Shown here one piece after another: positions 24,018-37,310 of a stretch of DNA of 60,356 bases. The notes under the pieces were generated by a model that did not search any database, was not told the DNA's origin, and was given only the letters and a program-made list of their open reading frames with translations. Within the stretch, counting starts at the first letter, position 1, and each line of letters starts with the position of its first letter. The DNA comes from Octopus bimaculoides (lineage: Eukaryota): the NCBI RefSeq assembly GCF_001194135.2, contig NC_068989.1, positions 96,365,814 to 96,426,169 on the forward strand, read 5' to 3'. The translations under genes and the position numbers were made by a program.

Positions 24018-24131
24018 CATCATCATCATCATTTAACGTCTGCTTTCCATGCTAGCATGGGTTGGACGATTTAACTGAGGACTGGTGAACCAGCTGGCTA
24101 CACCAGGCTCCAATCTGATTTGGCAGGGTTT
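24018..24131 (-). mobile_element. RTE-type 3' end with (GAT)n tail
   Basis: Reverse complement of the 2085-2184 type. Further copies at 18985-19140, 22925-23135 (-), 30690-30963, 40290-40410 (-), 48295-48475 (-) and 52690-52835. Confidence 0.8.
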
Positions 24132-24340
24132 AGATTTTATTAACTTGTATTTAGAGTAATTAAAAAAAAAACAATTAAATTGCAATCTTTAAGAGTGATG
24201 TGTGATGTGCATGAAGTTGAAAAATCTTCTGTCACTTATACTCAATGTAACAGGAGAGATCTTAGCCTTCATGTTTCTGTAGTTATTATATCCTTTCTGT
24301 GTTTATCTGCCTATCTATTTATAGGTATCTATCTATCCAT

Positions 24341-24372
<32 letters not shown>

Positions 24373-25381
24373 GCATGCATACACACACACACAGATATTT
24401 GTATGTATATGTGTATATTTGAAGCAAACATTGTAAGCAATAGTTTTCCAATAAGCTTATCATTGGTTCACTGCATTTCTAAAGGCAAAGAGCAACAAGG
24501 GAGTGTCTGAAAATTAGTTTCAGAACAAATACAACCAAGGATTTCATTTGAAGTGTAGTTTTTGCTTTTATGTCTCTGTTGGTGTTTTTGTTGCAGGAAT
24601 GTTTAATCTTTTGCCAATGTTTAAATATGTGTGTACACATTCATTCATGCACACACGGACATTCTTATGTCAGGCACTATTTACCAAATTCCACTTACCA
24701 GCCATTGGTTAATGTATGAATATGGTAGAAAATACTTGAATATCTTACCAAGCAAACACAAATAGATTTAAATAGACATCTAGCCATCTAAATTTACATA
24801 AACATCTAAATTTATAAGTCATTCTAATAATTGCTCACCCACTGTATCTACCGATGTATAAGATGTGTTTTTCTCATTATTAAATGTGACCAAAAATTTG
24901 CCATGCATCTAATGTGACTGTATTACCACATGTAGGAGTGTATAATGAAATATATTAAATTGGTTTTGTTTTTTTTGTTTTTTTTTTCTTGTTTTCCCAC
25001 AAAATATACTGTTTTCCACAAACAAAATGCAGGGGTTCATCATATGCAAGACTGCACCTTATACACCAGCTAGCACACAAGAAAATTAATATGGAATAGT
25101 TTTGAAATGCATACATACATATATACACAGAATGACAAATGCATGCATGCACATACACACACGCATACACAGAAACTTATATAGACATGAAAGGATATAC
25201 ATACAAAACTCATTAGGAAATATGAATATCAATTTTAATATTAATATTTGTATATTCCAGTGTATTTTGCTTGTATATTATATTGTTCTAGCTCTATTAC
25301 AGGGTATTGAGCATCATTTATCTATTGCAGAGATATATCTAGAGATGCATACATTGTATATGTATTTGTTGATGCACGTGT

Positions 25382-25417
<36 letters not shown>

Positions 25418-26690
25418 NNNNNNNNNNNNNNNNNNNNNNNNNNNNNNNNNNNNNNNNNNNNNNNNNNNNNNNNNNNNNNNNNNNNNNNNNNNNNNNNNNN
25501 NNNNNNNNNNNNNNNNNNNNNNNNNNNNNNNNNNNNNNNNNNNNNNNNNNNNNNNNNNNNNNNNNNNNNNNNNNNNNNNNNNNNNNNNNNNNNNNNNNNN
25601 NNNNNNNNNNNNNNNNNNNNNNNNNNNNNNNNNNNNNNNNNNNNNNNNNNNNNNNNNNNNNNNNNNNNNNNNNNNNNNNNNNNNNNNNNNNNNNNNNNNN
25701 NNNNNNNNNNNNNNNNNNNNNNNNNNNNNNNNNNNNNNNNNNNNNNNNNNNNNNNNNNNNNNNNNNNNNNNNNNNNNNNNNNNNNNNNNNNNNNNNNNNN
25801 NNNNNNNNNNNNNNNNNNNNNNNNNNNNNNNNNNNNNNNNNNNNNNNNNNNNNNNNNNNNNNNNNNNNNNNNNNNNNNNNNNNNNNNNNNNNNNNNNNNN
25901 NNNNNNNNNNNNNNNNNNNNNNNNNNNNNNNNNNNNNNNNNNNNNNNNNNNNNNNNNNNNNNNNNNNNNNNNNNNNNNNNNNNNNNNNNNNNNNNNNNNN
26001 NNNNNNNNNNNNNNNNNNNNNNNNNNNNNNNNNNNNNNNNNNNNNNNNNNNNNNNNNNNNNNNNNNNNNNNNNNNNNNNNNNNNNNNNNNNNNNNNNNNN
26101 NNNNNNNNNNNNNNNNNNNNNNNNNNNNNNNNNNNNNNNNNNNNNNNNNNNNNNNNNNNNNNNNNNNNNNNNNNNNNNNNNNNNNNNNNNNNNNNNNNNN
26201 NNNNNNNNNNNNNNNNNNNNNNNNNNNNNNNNNNNNNNNNNNNNNNNNNNNNNNNNNNNNNNNNNNNNNNNNNNNNNNTATATATATATATATATATATA
26301 CCTATATATATATATATTATGTATATTGTTTATATGTATGTTTATGTGTATATATATATATATACATGCATTCATTTTCATTATATACATGTGAATACCT
26401 GTATCTATATGCGTGTGTATACCTGTGTATTTTTGTGATGTAAATATGTGTGTGTTTGTTATGGAATTCGTGTCTGTGTATTCGTAATGCTGTAGGCACA
26501 TTTGCACAGAATATTCATCTGACCATATTGTTCTCTCTTATTCTCTTTCTCTGTAGGTATGTATACATATGTACATATATATACACACACACATATATAT
26601 CATCATCATCATCATCCTTTAACAACTTAATACATTCTGTATGTATGTCCTTTTGACTTTGTTGTTTTGTTATTTTTTAATTTTCAGTTT

Positions 26691-26778
<88 letters not shown>

Positions 26779-27266
26779 ACACATACACTTACCTCTGTCT
26801 GTCTGTCTGGAAATTTTTTTTTATGAAATCAATCTAAAATNNNNNNNNNNNNNNNNNNNNNNNNNNNNNNNNNNNNNNNNNNNNNNNNNNNNNNNNNNNN
26901 NNNNNNNNNNNNNNNNNNNNNNNNNNNNNNNNNNNNNNNNNNNNNNNNNNNNNNNNNNNNNNNNNNNNNNNNNNNNNNNNNNNNNNNNNNNNNNNNNNNN
27001 NNNNNNNNNNNNNNNNNNNNNNNNNNNNNNNNNNNNNNNNNNNNNNNNNNNNNNNNNNNNNNNNNNNNNNNNNNNNNNNNNNNNNNNNNNNNNNNNNNNN
27101 NNNNNNNNNNNNNNNNNNNNNNNNNNNNNNNNNNNNNNNNNNNNNNNNNNNNNNNNNNNNNNNNNNNNNNNNNNNNNNNNNNNNNNNNNNNNNNNNNNNN
27201 NNNNNNNNNNNNNNNNNNNNNNNNNNNNNNNNNNNNNNNNNNNNNNNNNNNNNNNNNNNNNNNNNN

Positions 27267-27309
<43 letters not shown>

Positions 27310-27551
27310 CATATAGTTTTTGTAAGTTTTTCATTAGTCCAAAGAAAAGAGTGTTTATAAAGGGTTGCATTTTATTTTATTAGTTTGTATTAATTCATTG
27401 ATATGTATTTTGTGTGTGAAGAGGTTTTGAGCAAAGGTATGTCTGCCTATGAATATTAATATATATATATATATATGGCAAATGAAAGACGGATATATAT
27501 GTGTGTGTGTGTGTGTACACACATGTATACATATAAATACACAAACACATG

Positions 27552-27583
<32 letters not shown>

Positions 27584-28277
27584 GCAAGAATGACTGATCA
27601 AAGTTGTCAGCGTCATCATTATCATCATGGTTCTCACCTTCATTTATTGTCCAATTTTTTTCCAAATGCTGACATGAATTAGGGCAGATCTTTTCTCGTC
27701 CAGCATCTCTTTACTTGTTCTAGTCCTTTGTCATCTCACACATGCAGGAACAGGAAAACTTTGCAATTTCTATTTTTCTTTTTGTGATTTTTCTCTTTAA
27801 GGTTTTTTTTCTTTCCTATTATTGGGGTTGATAAAATAAGTACCATGACACTGGGATCATCTGTGTAATCAACCAACTCATTCCTCTTAAAAATTGCTGG
27901 CCTTGCATTAAATTTGAAGCCATTATTATTATTATATTATTTTTTTTTTTTTATGCCAAGGTCGACTTTGCCTTTCATCCTTTCGATGTCACTAAATTAA
28001 GTACCAGTTAAGTAACAGGGTCGATGTAATCAACTCGTCCCCTCCCCACTAATCTCAGGCTTTGTGCCTAAAGTAGAAAGGAACTTCAAGACTGATGGGA
28101 AGGAAGAGGGAGGGATCAACAATCTGAAAAGAAGTGGACCCAAATGCCAGCAGCAGGATGCTCTCTGCTAAAAGTAACCAGGATATCACGTGAGAGAGGG
28201 TGTTAAACCAGGCAAGGTAGGGGATTCTCTAAATCACTTAATTATTTTAAAATTAATTAAAATGCAAGGACATAATA

Positions 28278-28567
28278 GGTACAGGGATGGTTGCATGGTT
28301 AAAAAACTTGCTTTGCAACCACGTGGTTTTGGGTTCTGTCCCACTGTGCAGCACCTTGGCCAAGTGCCATCTATTATAGCCCTGAGCTGACCAATGCTAT
28401 GTGAATGAATTTGCTAGATGGAAACTGTATGGAAGCCCAGCATTTATATGTGTGTATCTTTGTGTCTATGTTTGTCACTCCACCACTTGATAGCTGGTGT
28501 TGGTTTGTTGTATCTCTGTAACCTAGCCATTTGGCAAATGAGACTGGTACCATAAGTACAAGACTTT
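28278..28567 (+). mobile_element. SINE family A
   Basis: tRNA head, CTTGGCCAAGTGCCATCTATTATAGCC, GATGGAAACTGTATGGAAGCCC. Confidence 0.75.
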
Positions 28568-29610
28568 AAAACAAAATAATAAGTTTAAGAGAGTGACCTT
28601 TTCCTTCGCCCTGGCCAAATTCTGTTGGAATCATCAGCTCTTTTGTTTTTACGTAGCTTTGTTTATGAGCCATTTTTAACATGCAAATCTTGTGGAGCCT
28701 AAGAAAGGTTGGCTTCGGGTGGCTAATGAAACCAATATTTCTTCCAATAAATCCCAAGATCCTTCAACATGCACCTGTATTGAAAGGAATCACCATGGAA
28801 TACAATGTCTTATATTCTTCTTCACATAAATATCTCACAGATTATTTCTTAATGATTCAAGTGTCTTTGGTGACCTCCTTCTCTGTCGTGTTCTTTTCAT
28901 GTTGCAATATTCAAAATATATTATTGAAAGCTTAATATCTCCTAATTACATCAGCACGATGCCAAAATCTTCTAAAGACTATTTACATTCATTCACATCA
29001 AAGCTTATTCAAGCCACTTCTCTCGTTTTCATTCTCTTCAGATTTGTTAACCTCACTTGTCCTCAGCCTTTGAAACTAAATGCAATTTGTTGAATATTGT
29101 TATTTGGTAAAGATTAAAGAGGTGAAGAGGTTTGAGTGGATGAAGCCTTTGACTGCCAACTTCATGGACCATCAGTTCATACGTGCAAAAGACAATTTCA
29201 TTATATCTAGAATGAACCTACATAATGCCACATGCTTTCTTTTACCTCAAAGTTGTCAGAGAAAAGAACTACAACATCATTTAACATTGGGGTGATATTT
29301 ATTGCAATTAATTAGACACTGCTTTGTTTGTTGTTTACTTTGATAGGTGAGTCCTGATTGAGCAGATCTGTTGGGAAAGACGTTCCAACTGTGACCACTC
29401 TGTCTTTTTTGACTTTGTGCAGGTTTCTAGAACTATATTATGTAATGTGGCCATCCTTTTTTCAAGACATCAGTTATGTGAGGGTGAAATTTGTTGCTGT
29501 TATTAGCAAGCTGAACATCCATGTAAAGGCTTCTTTGTAAGTTATCTGGCTAATGGAAACGAAAGAAGAGTTTGTCTTCATTAAAGACATTTTTAAAGAT
29601 GATTACCATT

Positions 29611-29988
29611 AGGCACAGACCTGGCTGTGTGGTTAGAAGTTTGCTTCCCAACGACATGGTTCTGGGTTCAGTCCTATTGAATGGTGCCTTAGACAAGATT
29701 CTCCTACTTTAGCCATTGGCTGACTGAAGCCTTATGAGTGGATTTGGTAGATGGAAACTGAAAGAAGACTGCCACATATATGTGTGTGGTTGCCTGTGAT
29801 TGCCCCCCCCCCACCACTGCTTGGCAGCCAGTGTTGGTGTTTGCAGCCCTGTAACGTAGCAGTTCAGCAAAGAGATTGATAAAATAGGTATCAGGTTTTA
29901 AAAAAAAAACTGGGGTCAGTTCATTTGTTTAAAATTCTTCAGGGCAATGCCCCAGAATGGCAACAGTTTAATGATTAAAACAAGTAAC
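29611..29988 (+). mobile_element. SINE family A (full length)
   Basis: AGGCACAGACCTGGCTGTGTGGTTAGAAG head through the GCCCCAGAATGGC..AAACAAGTAA tail. Confidence 0.8.
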
Positions 29989-30913
29989 AAATCAGTTCCT
30001 CCTTTTAATGCCAACCCACTCAAGGCTATTCTGGATCTGTAATATCTCTTCTCTTAAAGGAATCTAAATTGAAGTCTCTCACCAGAATTTCATGTTAACT
30101 TACATTCCAAACTTCAGTTTAATAATGATAAAATTATTTTATGAAATTCTACCTTATTTTCAAAATGGATTGAAACAAGAATATTTGGCCAGAAGTATGA
30201 TAAGAAAAGGCTTAAAGAAACTGATTGGAGGAAGACTACTGAGTGATGCCTGCTGCAGAAAAACCATCTTCCCTCTGTTTGCCATTACCCATGTGCAACT
30301 ATGGTATGGCTTGGTGACAGTCACTAATTGCTTTGGGTGGGGTGGGGCTGTGCAATTGTGAGGGAATATTGAGGGGCTCCTGCCCCCCTCATATTTGACT
30401 TGGCAGAACATACTGGATGAGAGAGCTGGAGAGAAACGGGGTTGCACTAATACTCGTCTGATACTCATTTTGGCTGCCCATGAAACGAGGTGTCTTGCTC
30501 AAGGACACAGTGCCCTACATGGACCAGGAATTGAACCTCCAACCTTATAATGATGAGCTAAACATTATAACCACTGGACCATGTACACTCATTGGAATGA
30601 ATCATTGAGAAAATTGGTTTCCTTTACTCTTTGTGTAATTGAGATTAATAAAAATTTCTTACATATGTCACTTCTCTGTGCTGAAGAGGATTGGCCAGCA
30701 AGAGCCCTGTGTTGGTGCCATGTCAAAGCACTGATGCCAGCACCATGTAAAGGGTCCATGCCATGCCAAATGAAAAGCACCCAGCAGACTCTGTGAAGTG
30801 GTTGGCATTAGGAAGGGCATATACAGCCTGAGAAACTGAACCAAATCAGACGAGAACCTGGTGCAGCTCTCTGGTTTGCCAGCTTAGGTCAAAGCATTCG
30901 AACCATCCAACCC

Positions 30914-30966
<53 letters not shown>

Positions 30967-31317
30967 TGATGTCAAGAATGTTAGCCTCTACTTCACTATT
31001 AATCAACAACAACAACTTAATATAATAAGAACAGTCATAATATTACTGGCGCCAGAGACCAGTTTTTGCATCGTCACTTTACTGTACAGTGGCCATGTGG
31101 TCAAGAATTCTAAGTTTGATCTCATTCTCTGGGATCAGCAATTAGAATTTTTGTGTTCAATGAAACAACTTTGACCTTCATCTCAAAAGTTGTCTGATTT
31201 CTTGAGTAAATTATTAACTGACTCCGAAGAAATAGAAACTTCTGTGTCATATGTTGGCCACTCCTTCGTCCATTGGTGAATGAAAACATGTATGCATATG
31301 TGGGGTATGTATGTATA

Positions 31318-31361
<44 letters not shown>

Positions 31362-33029
31362 TATTTAGTATATATGTATATAATAAACTATATTATATAT
31401 ATATGTACATATATATCCTATTCTTAAAATATATATGTATATGTGTGGGCATAATGTGTGTGTGTGTGTGTGTGTTTGTATATCCCTTATGTTGTTGGTG
31501 TTTGTGTGGATAAGAATTGACTTTGTTGTCTATTTGATTTAGTTTACATAAATCATGAGAGTTCTTAGATTCCTGTCAATGAAAAAAATAAACACAAACA
31601 TACAATTTGTTACTTTAATCGGAAATGGAAGACTTGTGTGTGTGTGTGTGTATATGTACGCAAATACTCTTGTACACAAACAACACACGTACTTTTGCAT
31701 TTATATGTACAGACACCAAAGCAAACCATGTACATGTTAGTTTAATCTGAATATGTATGTGTATACATCTGTTCACAATATCGTTTTGCATTTCATATAT
31801 ATAGACATACATATATATATATATATATATATATCTTTGCCATATGTGTGTGTGTGTGTGTGCATGCACATATATATCTGTTAGCTGACATATGCAGGCA
31901 GGCAAACTCACACATCTAACTAGTCTATAAGTCATATCAAAAGCACAGAACAGCAGCAGAAACAAAAACAAAAACAACAACAATTGTTAAATACAGTCTT
32001 AAATTCAATATTTTTCTTTCCTCAAAGAAAGGATTTCCAATAATTTGCTGATTATTCTGCTCACACAAATACACACACTCACACACACACACACACACAC
32101 ATATGCATACATATCTACACACACACACACAAACACATATGCATACATATCTACACACCCATCCACCCACATTGCACTCATACGTTCTTATATTAAATTC
32201 TTAGATTTTTGTTTTGACAAAGGGAACTGGCTGACCTCAAATATATACATACATCATCACTATCATCGACATCATTTAACATCCAGGTACTGTGATGGTA
32301 TGGGTTGGACGTGCACAGACACACACACACACGCACACACACATACACATACATGTATACATATACATATGTTCGATAACAATATTTCAATAAAATTTCT
32401 TTAACTTTGCAAATCTTTCAAACACCAAAGTGTTCACTGTAGCACAACAGTTGTTGTTGTTGTTTTTGCTGTTATTGTTGTTGTTTACCTTGATGTTTTT
32501 TTTCTGTAACTTTGAAAATATTTCATTATGTTTTTGTTTGTTTCATTGCATTTGTTTTCTTATTTTTTCCCATATTTTTTCCATTTAGTTTCAATTTAAA
32601 AATGATTTTTTTCCCAAAATTATTATCTCTATTCCAGTCATTTCCTGAGTTTTTTCTTTTTTTTTTTTGTCTCTTATTTTTTTTGGCTTCAAGTAAATTT
32701 CTACAAACCCCTCTTAAAACCTTCTTTCCTTTTACCATTTTTCTTCGTGTGCCTGCTTCTCTTTTCTGAAGAAATTTTATTTCACTTTCTGAATAAGACC
32801 ATTAAAGCATGCACCACTCTTTCCTTTCTTTCTTTCTTTCTTTCTTTTATTTAAATTTTTTTTTTTTTACTTATGATTATATTTATTTATTTTTGGTGTG
32901 TTATTTTTAAAATCTACTCTTTCCAAAATGGTGCTATGACATTTTAGCTATTTTCACATCATTCCTATTCCTGATTTTTGACTCTGTTGTATAAACGTCT
33001 CCAATTTGTTTTGTTCCTCTTCTTGTTGT

Positions 33030-33297
33030 TGTCATCATCATCATCACTATCATCATTTTCATCTTCCTCTACTTCCTCATCATCATCATCATCATTCCAA
33101 ACATGGCCAGCCTCCTCCTCCTCCTCCTCATCATCATCATCACCATCATCATTGCCTTCACCATCATCATAGCCATCACTATCATCCTCACCATCATCAT
33201 CATCATCATTGTTTATTGTTCCTATTTTTTCTTTTTGCTATCACAAGTCCTGTTGTTACAATTATTAATATCGTGATTCATCATCATCATCATCATC

Positions 33298-33376
<79 letters not shown>
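33030..33376 (+). repeat. Cryptic (CAT)/(CCT) repeat followed by pure (TAT)n
   Basis: Direct reading of the sequence. Confidence 0.9.
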
Positions 33377-34723
33377 TTACTTCATCTGTGCAAGTGATTG
33401 GACAGAAATGTTATTGATATTGAATGAAAAATTTCTGGAAAGCTTATAAAATCATAAATAAATATTGTCATGACATCGTGAGATTGGAGAAAATGTTGAA
33501 GGTTACGGAACCAAATGGGTGGATTACAGGTAGAAATTGCATTTTGACTTTTCTAAAGTTTAGAATGAAAACAACAAAAAAATAAATAAAAACAATATTT
33601 TTTTTTCAAAAATAATATAAATTTTTGCTCCTAAAGCAAATTCAATTTTCCTCTTATTTTCTGCTGAATAAAAGTTGGAATTTAACATGATAATTTTATA
33701 GAATTGATAACTGTCGACCTTCCTTTGTTTATGTAAATAGTTTAAAGGTTATATTTAATTCAGATTTAAAGATCTTGCTGCAACTTGTACTACATGGAAT
33801 GGTAGTGTTTTTGTTGATGTTGTTGTTGGCTTTTGTTTGGTATTGAGAGATATGGCAAACAATGTGTGCATTTAAGAAAGGAAGGAAGGAAGAAAAATGA
33901 AAGGAGGGAAGAAAGAAAGAAGTGGAAAGAAAGGAAGGAAGGAAGGAAATATATAAATAAGGCATTTAATGAATTAAGGCAATGTTCTGTTCTTCATAAC
34001 ATGAAAGTTTATTTTTATTGAGAGAATTCTTTGTATATTTGTGTGTGTACATGTGTTTATGTATGTATGTATGTATGTATATATATGTGTGTGTGTGTGT
34101 ATCATATATACATATGTACACACATACACATTTGTGCATATAAATACATATCCAGATATATAAACTATTTTTTAAAAAGCCAAGTATGTTACCACCAAGT
34201 TAGGAAATTGTAAGCTTAACATATTCCAACTGTAAACTAACAGACGTGTGTATTTATACGTAAGCCAATGTTTTGGTTTTGGGTTTTGGGTTGCCCGTCT
34301 GTCCTCGACCCACCTTTCTTCAATTCAACTGATGGCCTCTGACACAACTTCTTTGCTTCTTTGTGCAAAAAGGACTTGTTTGTTTGTTTGTTTGTTTCTT
34401 GTTTTTGTTGCATCAGCTTTTCTTGTTTCTCTCTCTTCTTTGTAGCCCAACCTAAGTGGGTAGGTCTGATGAGCATGCACTTACCAGCAATTTCTCCTCC
34501 CACTCACTCTGCTTTCCCTCTATTTTAGTTCAGTGAATAGTCACACTGTCTGTCTGCTCTCATAATGCCTCCCTTTATCCATTTTTAAGTTGATTTCTAT
34601 TTGCAATTACCAACAGAATTGCAAAGAGGCCACTGGACCTAAGCAAGCAGACATGGGTTACCTTTTATCTTTTACTTGTTGTTTCATTCATTGAACTGCG
34701 GCCATGCTGGAGCAATGCTTTAA

Positions 34724-34943
34724 CCCTTTAGCATTTAAACCAGCTGCATCTGGCCCAAATATTTTCCCTGTTTTATGTTGAAACTGGCCATATCAGGTCT
34801 CTCGCACCTAGCATACAATGTCATTCTAAAAATAAACAGTCACTTCACTGAAATCTGAAAGCTACAAGATAATGCATGAGTAATTCGAAATAATGTGAAT
34901 ATATTAGCATTGCATGTGACCGAATAATCTGAATGCTAAAGGG
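34724..34943. mobile_element. piggyBac-like MITE (220 bp) nested in a SINE A tail
   Basis: TTAA|CCCTTTAGCATT ... AATGCTAAAGGG|TCAA. The 12-bp TIRs are perfect, and the SINE sequence resumes after the element. Confidence 0.82.
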
Positions 34944-36059
34944 TCAAAGGTTTAGAGGAGCAAATTGAAGTCAGTTATCTAGTTTAAAGTCTGCTACTTA
35001 TTGTATCATTTCTTTTGCTGAACTGCTAAGTTAAAGTGACAAATAATGTCTTGTGAATGAATTTGGAGGGTGGAAACTGTGTTGAAGCCCATCATGTGTG
35101 TGTGTGCGTGCGCACCTGTGTTTGTGTCCTACCACCACCTTGATAATCAGTGTTGGTTTGTTTGTATTCCTGTAACTTTGTGATTCAGCAAAAATAACCA
35201 ATAGAATCAGTACCAGACTGAGGTCAATTATTTTCAAGTAAAAGCTGTAAAGGGAATGCCCCAGCATGGCCACAGTCCACTGAGTGGAACAAATGAAAGA
35301 TAAATCAGAACTATGTTGGAAACCCCTGTTTCCCAATCTGACGACAACGAAGGCTCTGAGCTGTGTCTGTGAGTGAGAGTTATGTAACTTTCATTCTCTC
35401 AGTTTGCCGGAATGATTAAATAGATTCTGTGCCTGGCTCGGGGTTAAATGATTATTCACTTAGATATCTGGTTGTAGAAACAATTGCTCTAACAAGGACC
35501 ATTCCCATATTAACAAGTTATGTGAAATAATAATTAATACAAAAGTGATTGAAGTTGGGAGGCAGCAAGTGAAGGAAGCTCATTAACTCTTTATTCGTGC
35601 TCGTTTAAGTTGTTTCTCAGTCATTAAATTTGTATGCTCTGGTAAAACAAAATTATTCCTCAAGGAAAATGTGTTTATCATCAACTTAACATTGTTGTTC
35701 TTGTTACTGTTGCCACCACCAGCAGCAGCAGCAGAACAAGGACAATGTCATTTCTAAACCACACAAACTTTTCGTTAACATTTGTATCACAACCACTGTC
35801 TCCAGTAAGATTAATCCCATAAACCGATGAAGGAGTCATTCAAGTTGCTAGACAGAACTGTCAAATCGTCCTTGAATTATATTCTTGAATAAAATGGGAT
35901 GAATGCCATAGATAATATAGTTCTAGATACCCCTAAAAAAGCTGGAGAAAAGAACAACAGAAAAAAGTCATTGATGCCTTTTGCTCCATAGGGAGTCAGA
36001 GAATTAGGTAAGAGATGCTTAAAAACACACTGACTGGTCACAACTGGAAAATCAGAGGT

Positions 36060-36256
36060 CAGCTCAGTTAGGACTAACCTAGGGTTAAACAACCTAGCAG
36101 TAATATAGACAAAGCAAGGGGTACGTTTATAAAATGTCCCCTGAGCCTCCTCAAATTTTGTAGGAATTTTTTCCTAATAAATTCATTATCATACTCTAAT
36201 CCCTTCAAAGAAATGGCCTTGTTTAATATGTAGAAAAGGTGTCGGTAGAAATTCCA
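36060..36256 (+). mobile_element. Older RTE copy, left part (ends at PSKKWPCLICRKGVGRNS)
   Basis: It resumes at 37311-37440 as CTQC*LWTHKRCNGITGRL, the continuation of the same PHD finger. Confidence 0.7.
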
Positions 36257-37310
36257 AGCAAAGACCAAGGTCCTAGTAAGCAAGAAATCGGACAGGACCC
36301 TTCGCCCATCAGGTAAATAGCCCTGCTCAATATGTAGGAAGGGTGTCGAGAGAAATTCCATTTGGTATACTCAATGTAAGCTATGGGCCCACAAGAGGTG
36401 GAATAATTGGAGGATTAACAGAGAAAATAGTATTGACATGTGGAAGATATATGAGAGTCATAAAGACCACAGATACATTGGAAAGAGATTTCATTAAATG
36501 TCCCAGTGACTCTCTGGAAGTTGTAGATAATTTTTGCTGCCCAGGTAACCTAATTAACTGTGGAGGAGGTTGTACAGAAAATGTGATTGCTTCAATAAGA
36601 ATGAGATGGAGAAAGTTCAAAGAGTTTTTACCTCTGTTGGCAACCAAATGTCTCTCTCTCTCTCCAAGTGAAAAGAAGATTGTATAATGCATGTGTATGA
36701 ACTGTAATGCTGCATGGTAGTGAGACATGGGCCCTAAATGTGGGAGAAGATGTGAAGGTTAGAAAGGAACAAAGCTGGTATGCTCCACTGGAGGTGCAAT
36801 ATCAGTGTGCAGGTGTATTGAAGAAGTTGAGCATAAGAGAAATTAGATGCAGTGTGCAAGAGAGAAGACTGTGCTGGTTTGGTCATGTGACATGGATGGA
36901 TGAGGACAGTTGCATAAAGAAATGCTGATAACTTAAAGTGGAGGAAGGTTGTGGAAGAGGAAGACCCAAGAAGATATGGGATTGAAGTTTTGAAGGCTGA
37001 TCTTAAAACACTGAGCCTTACAAAGGAGATGACAGAGGAGTGAGATATGTGGTGCCTTACTGCACTCGAGAAGACCTGGCCACCACAACGGAATTGAGAT
37101 CCTAAAACTAAGGTGCCACATACAAAGCAGCAGAGCTGATGCCACTTAAAAAACACCTGTGATGGTGCCACATAAAAGGCACCTTGTACACTCTGTGTAG
37201 TGGTTAGCATTAGGAAGGGCACCCAACTGTAGAAACCAAGCCAAAACAGGCCATCCAACCTATGCTGGCATGGAAAACAGACATTAAATGATGACGATGA
37301 TGATGATGAT
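36257..37310 (+). mobile_element. 5'-truncated RTE LINE (RT C-terminal half, PHD insert, 3'UTR, (GAT)n tail)
   Basis: AKTKVLVSKK..PCSICRKG; LEVVDNFCCPG; MRWRKFKEFLPLL; HGSETWAL; RRLCWFGHV; GRGRPKKIW; then the 3'UTR and tail. Confidence 0.92.

Noticed and set aside
26790-26810. Possible 14-nt minus-strand microexon with a GAG|GTAAGT donor
   Set aside because: It consists of (GACA)n microsatellite, the acceptor lacks a pyrimidine tract, and it sits beside a gap.
25102-27370. Long ORFs of 140-430 aa in the track (also at 1645-2161, 21265-21825 and 47268-47909)
   Set aside because: They are open only because they run through N gaps and (TA)n.
28570-29070. Decayed coding-looking segment on the minus strand
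   Set aside because: It contains multiple stops and no motif that could be assigned to a family.
32960-33235. Minus-strand acidic open frame (DDDD..EEEE..NWRRLYNRVKNQE*)
   Set aside because: It has no start codon or acceptor, and it is the naturally stop-free frame of a cryptic (GAT)n repeat.
34466-34490. CTGATGA core-like sequence
   Set aside because: There is no downstream GAAA or stem II.
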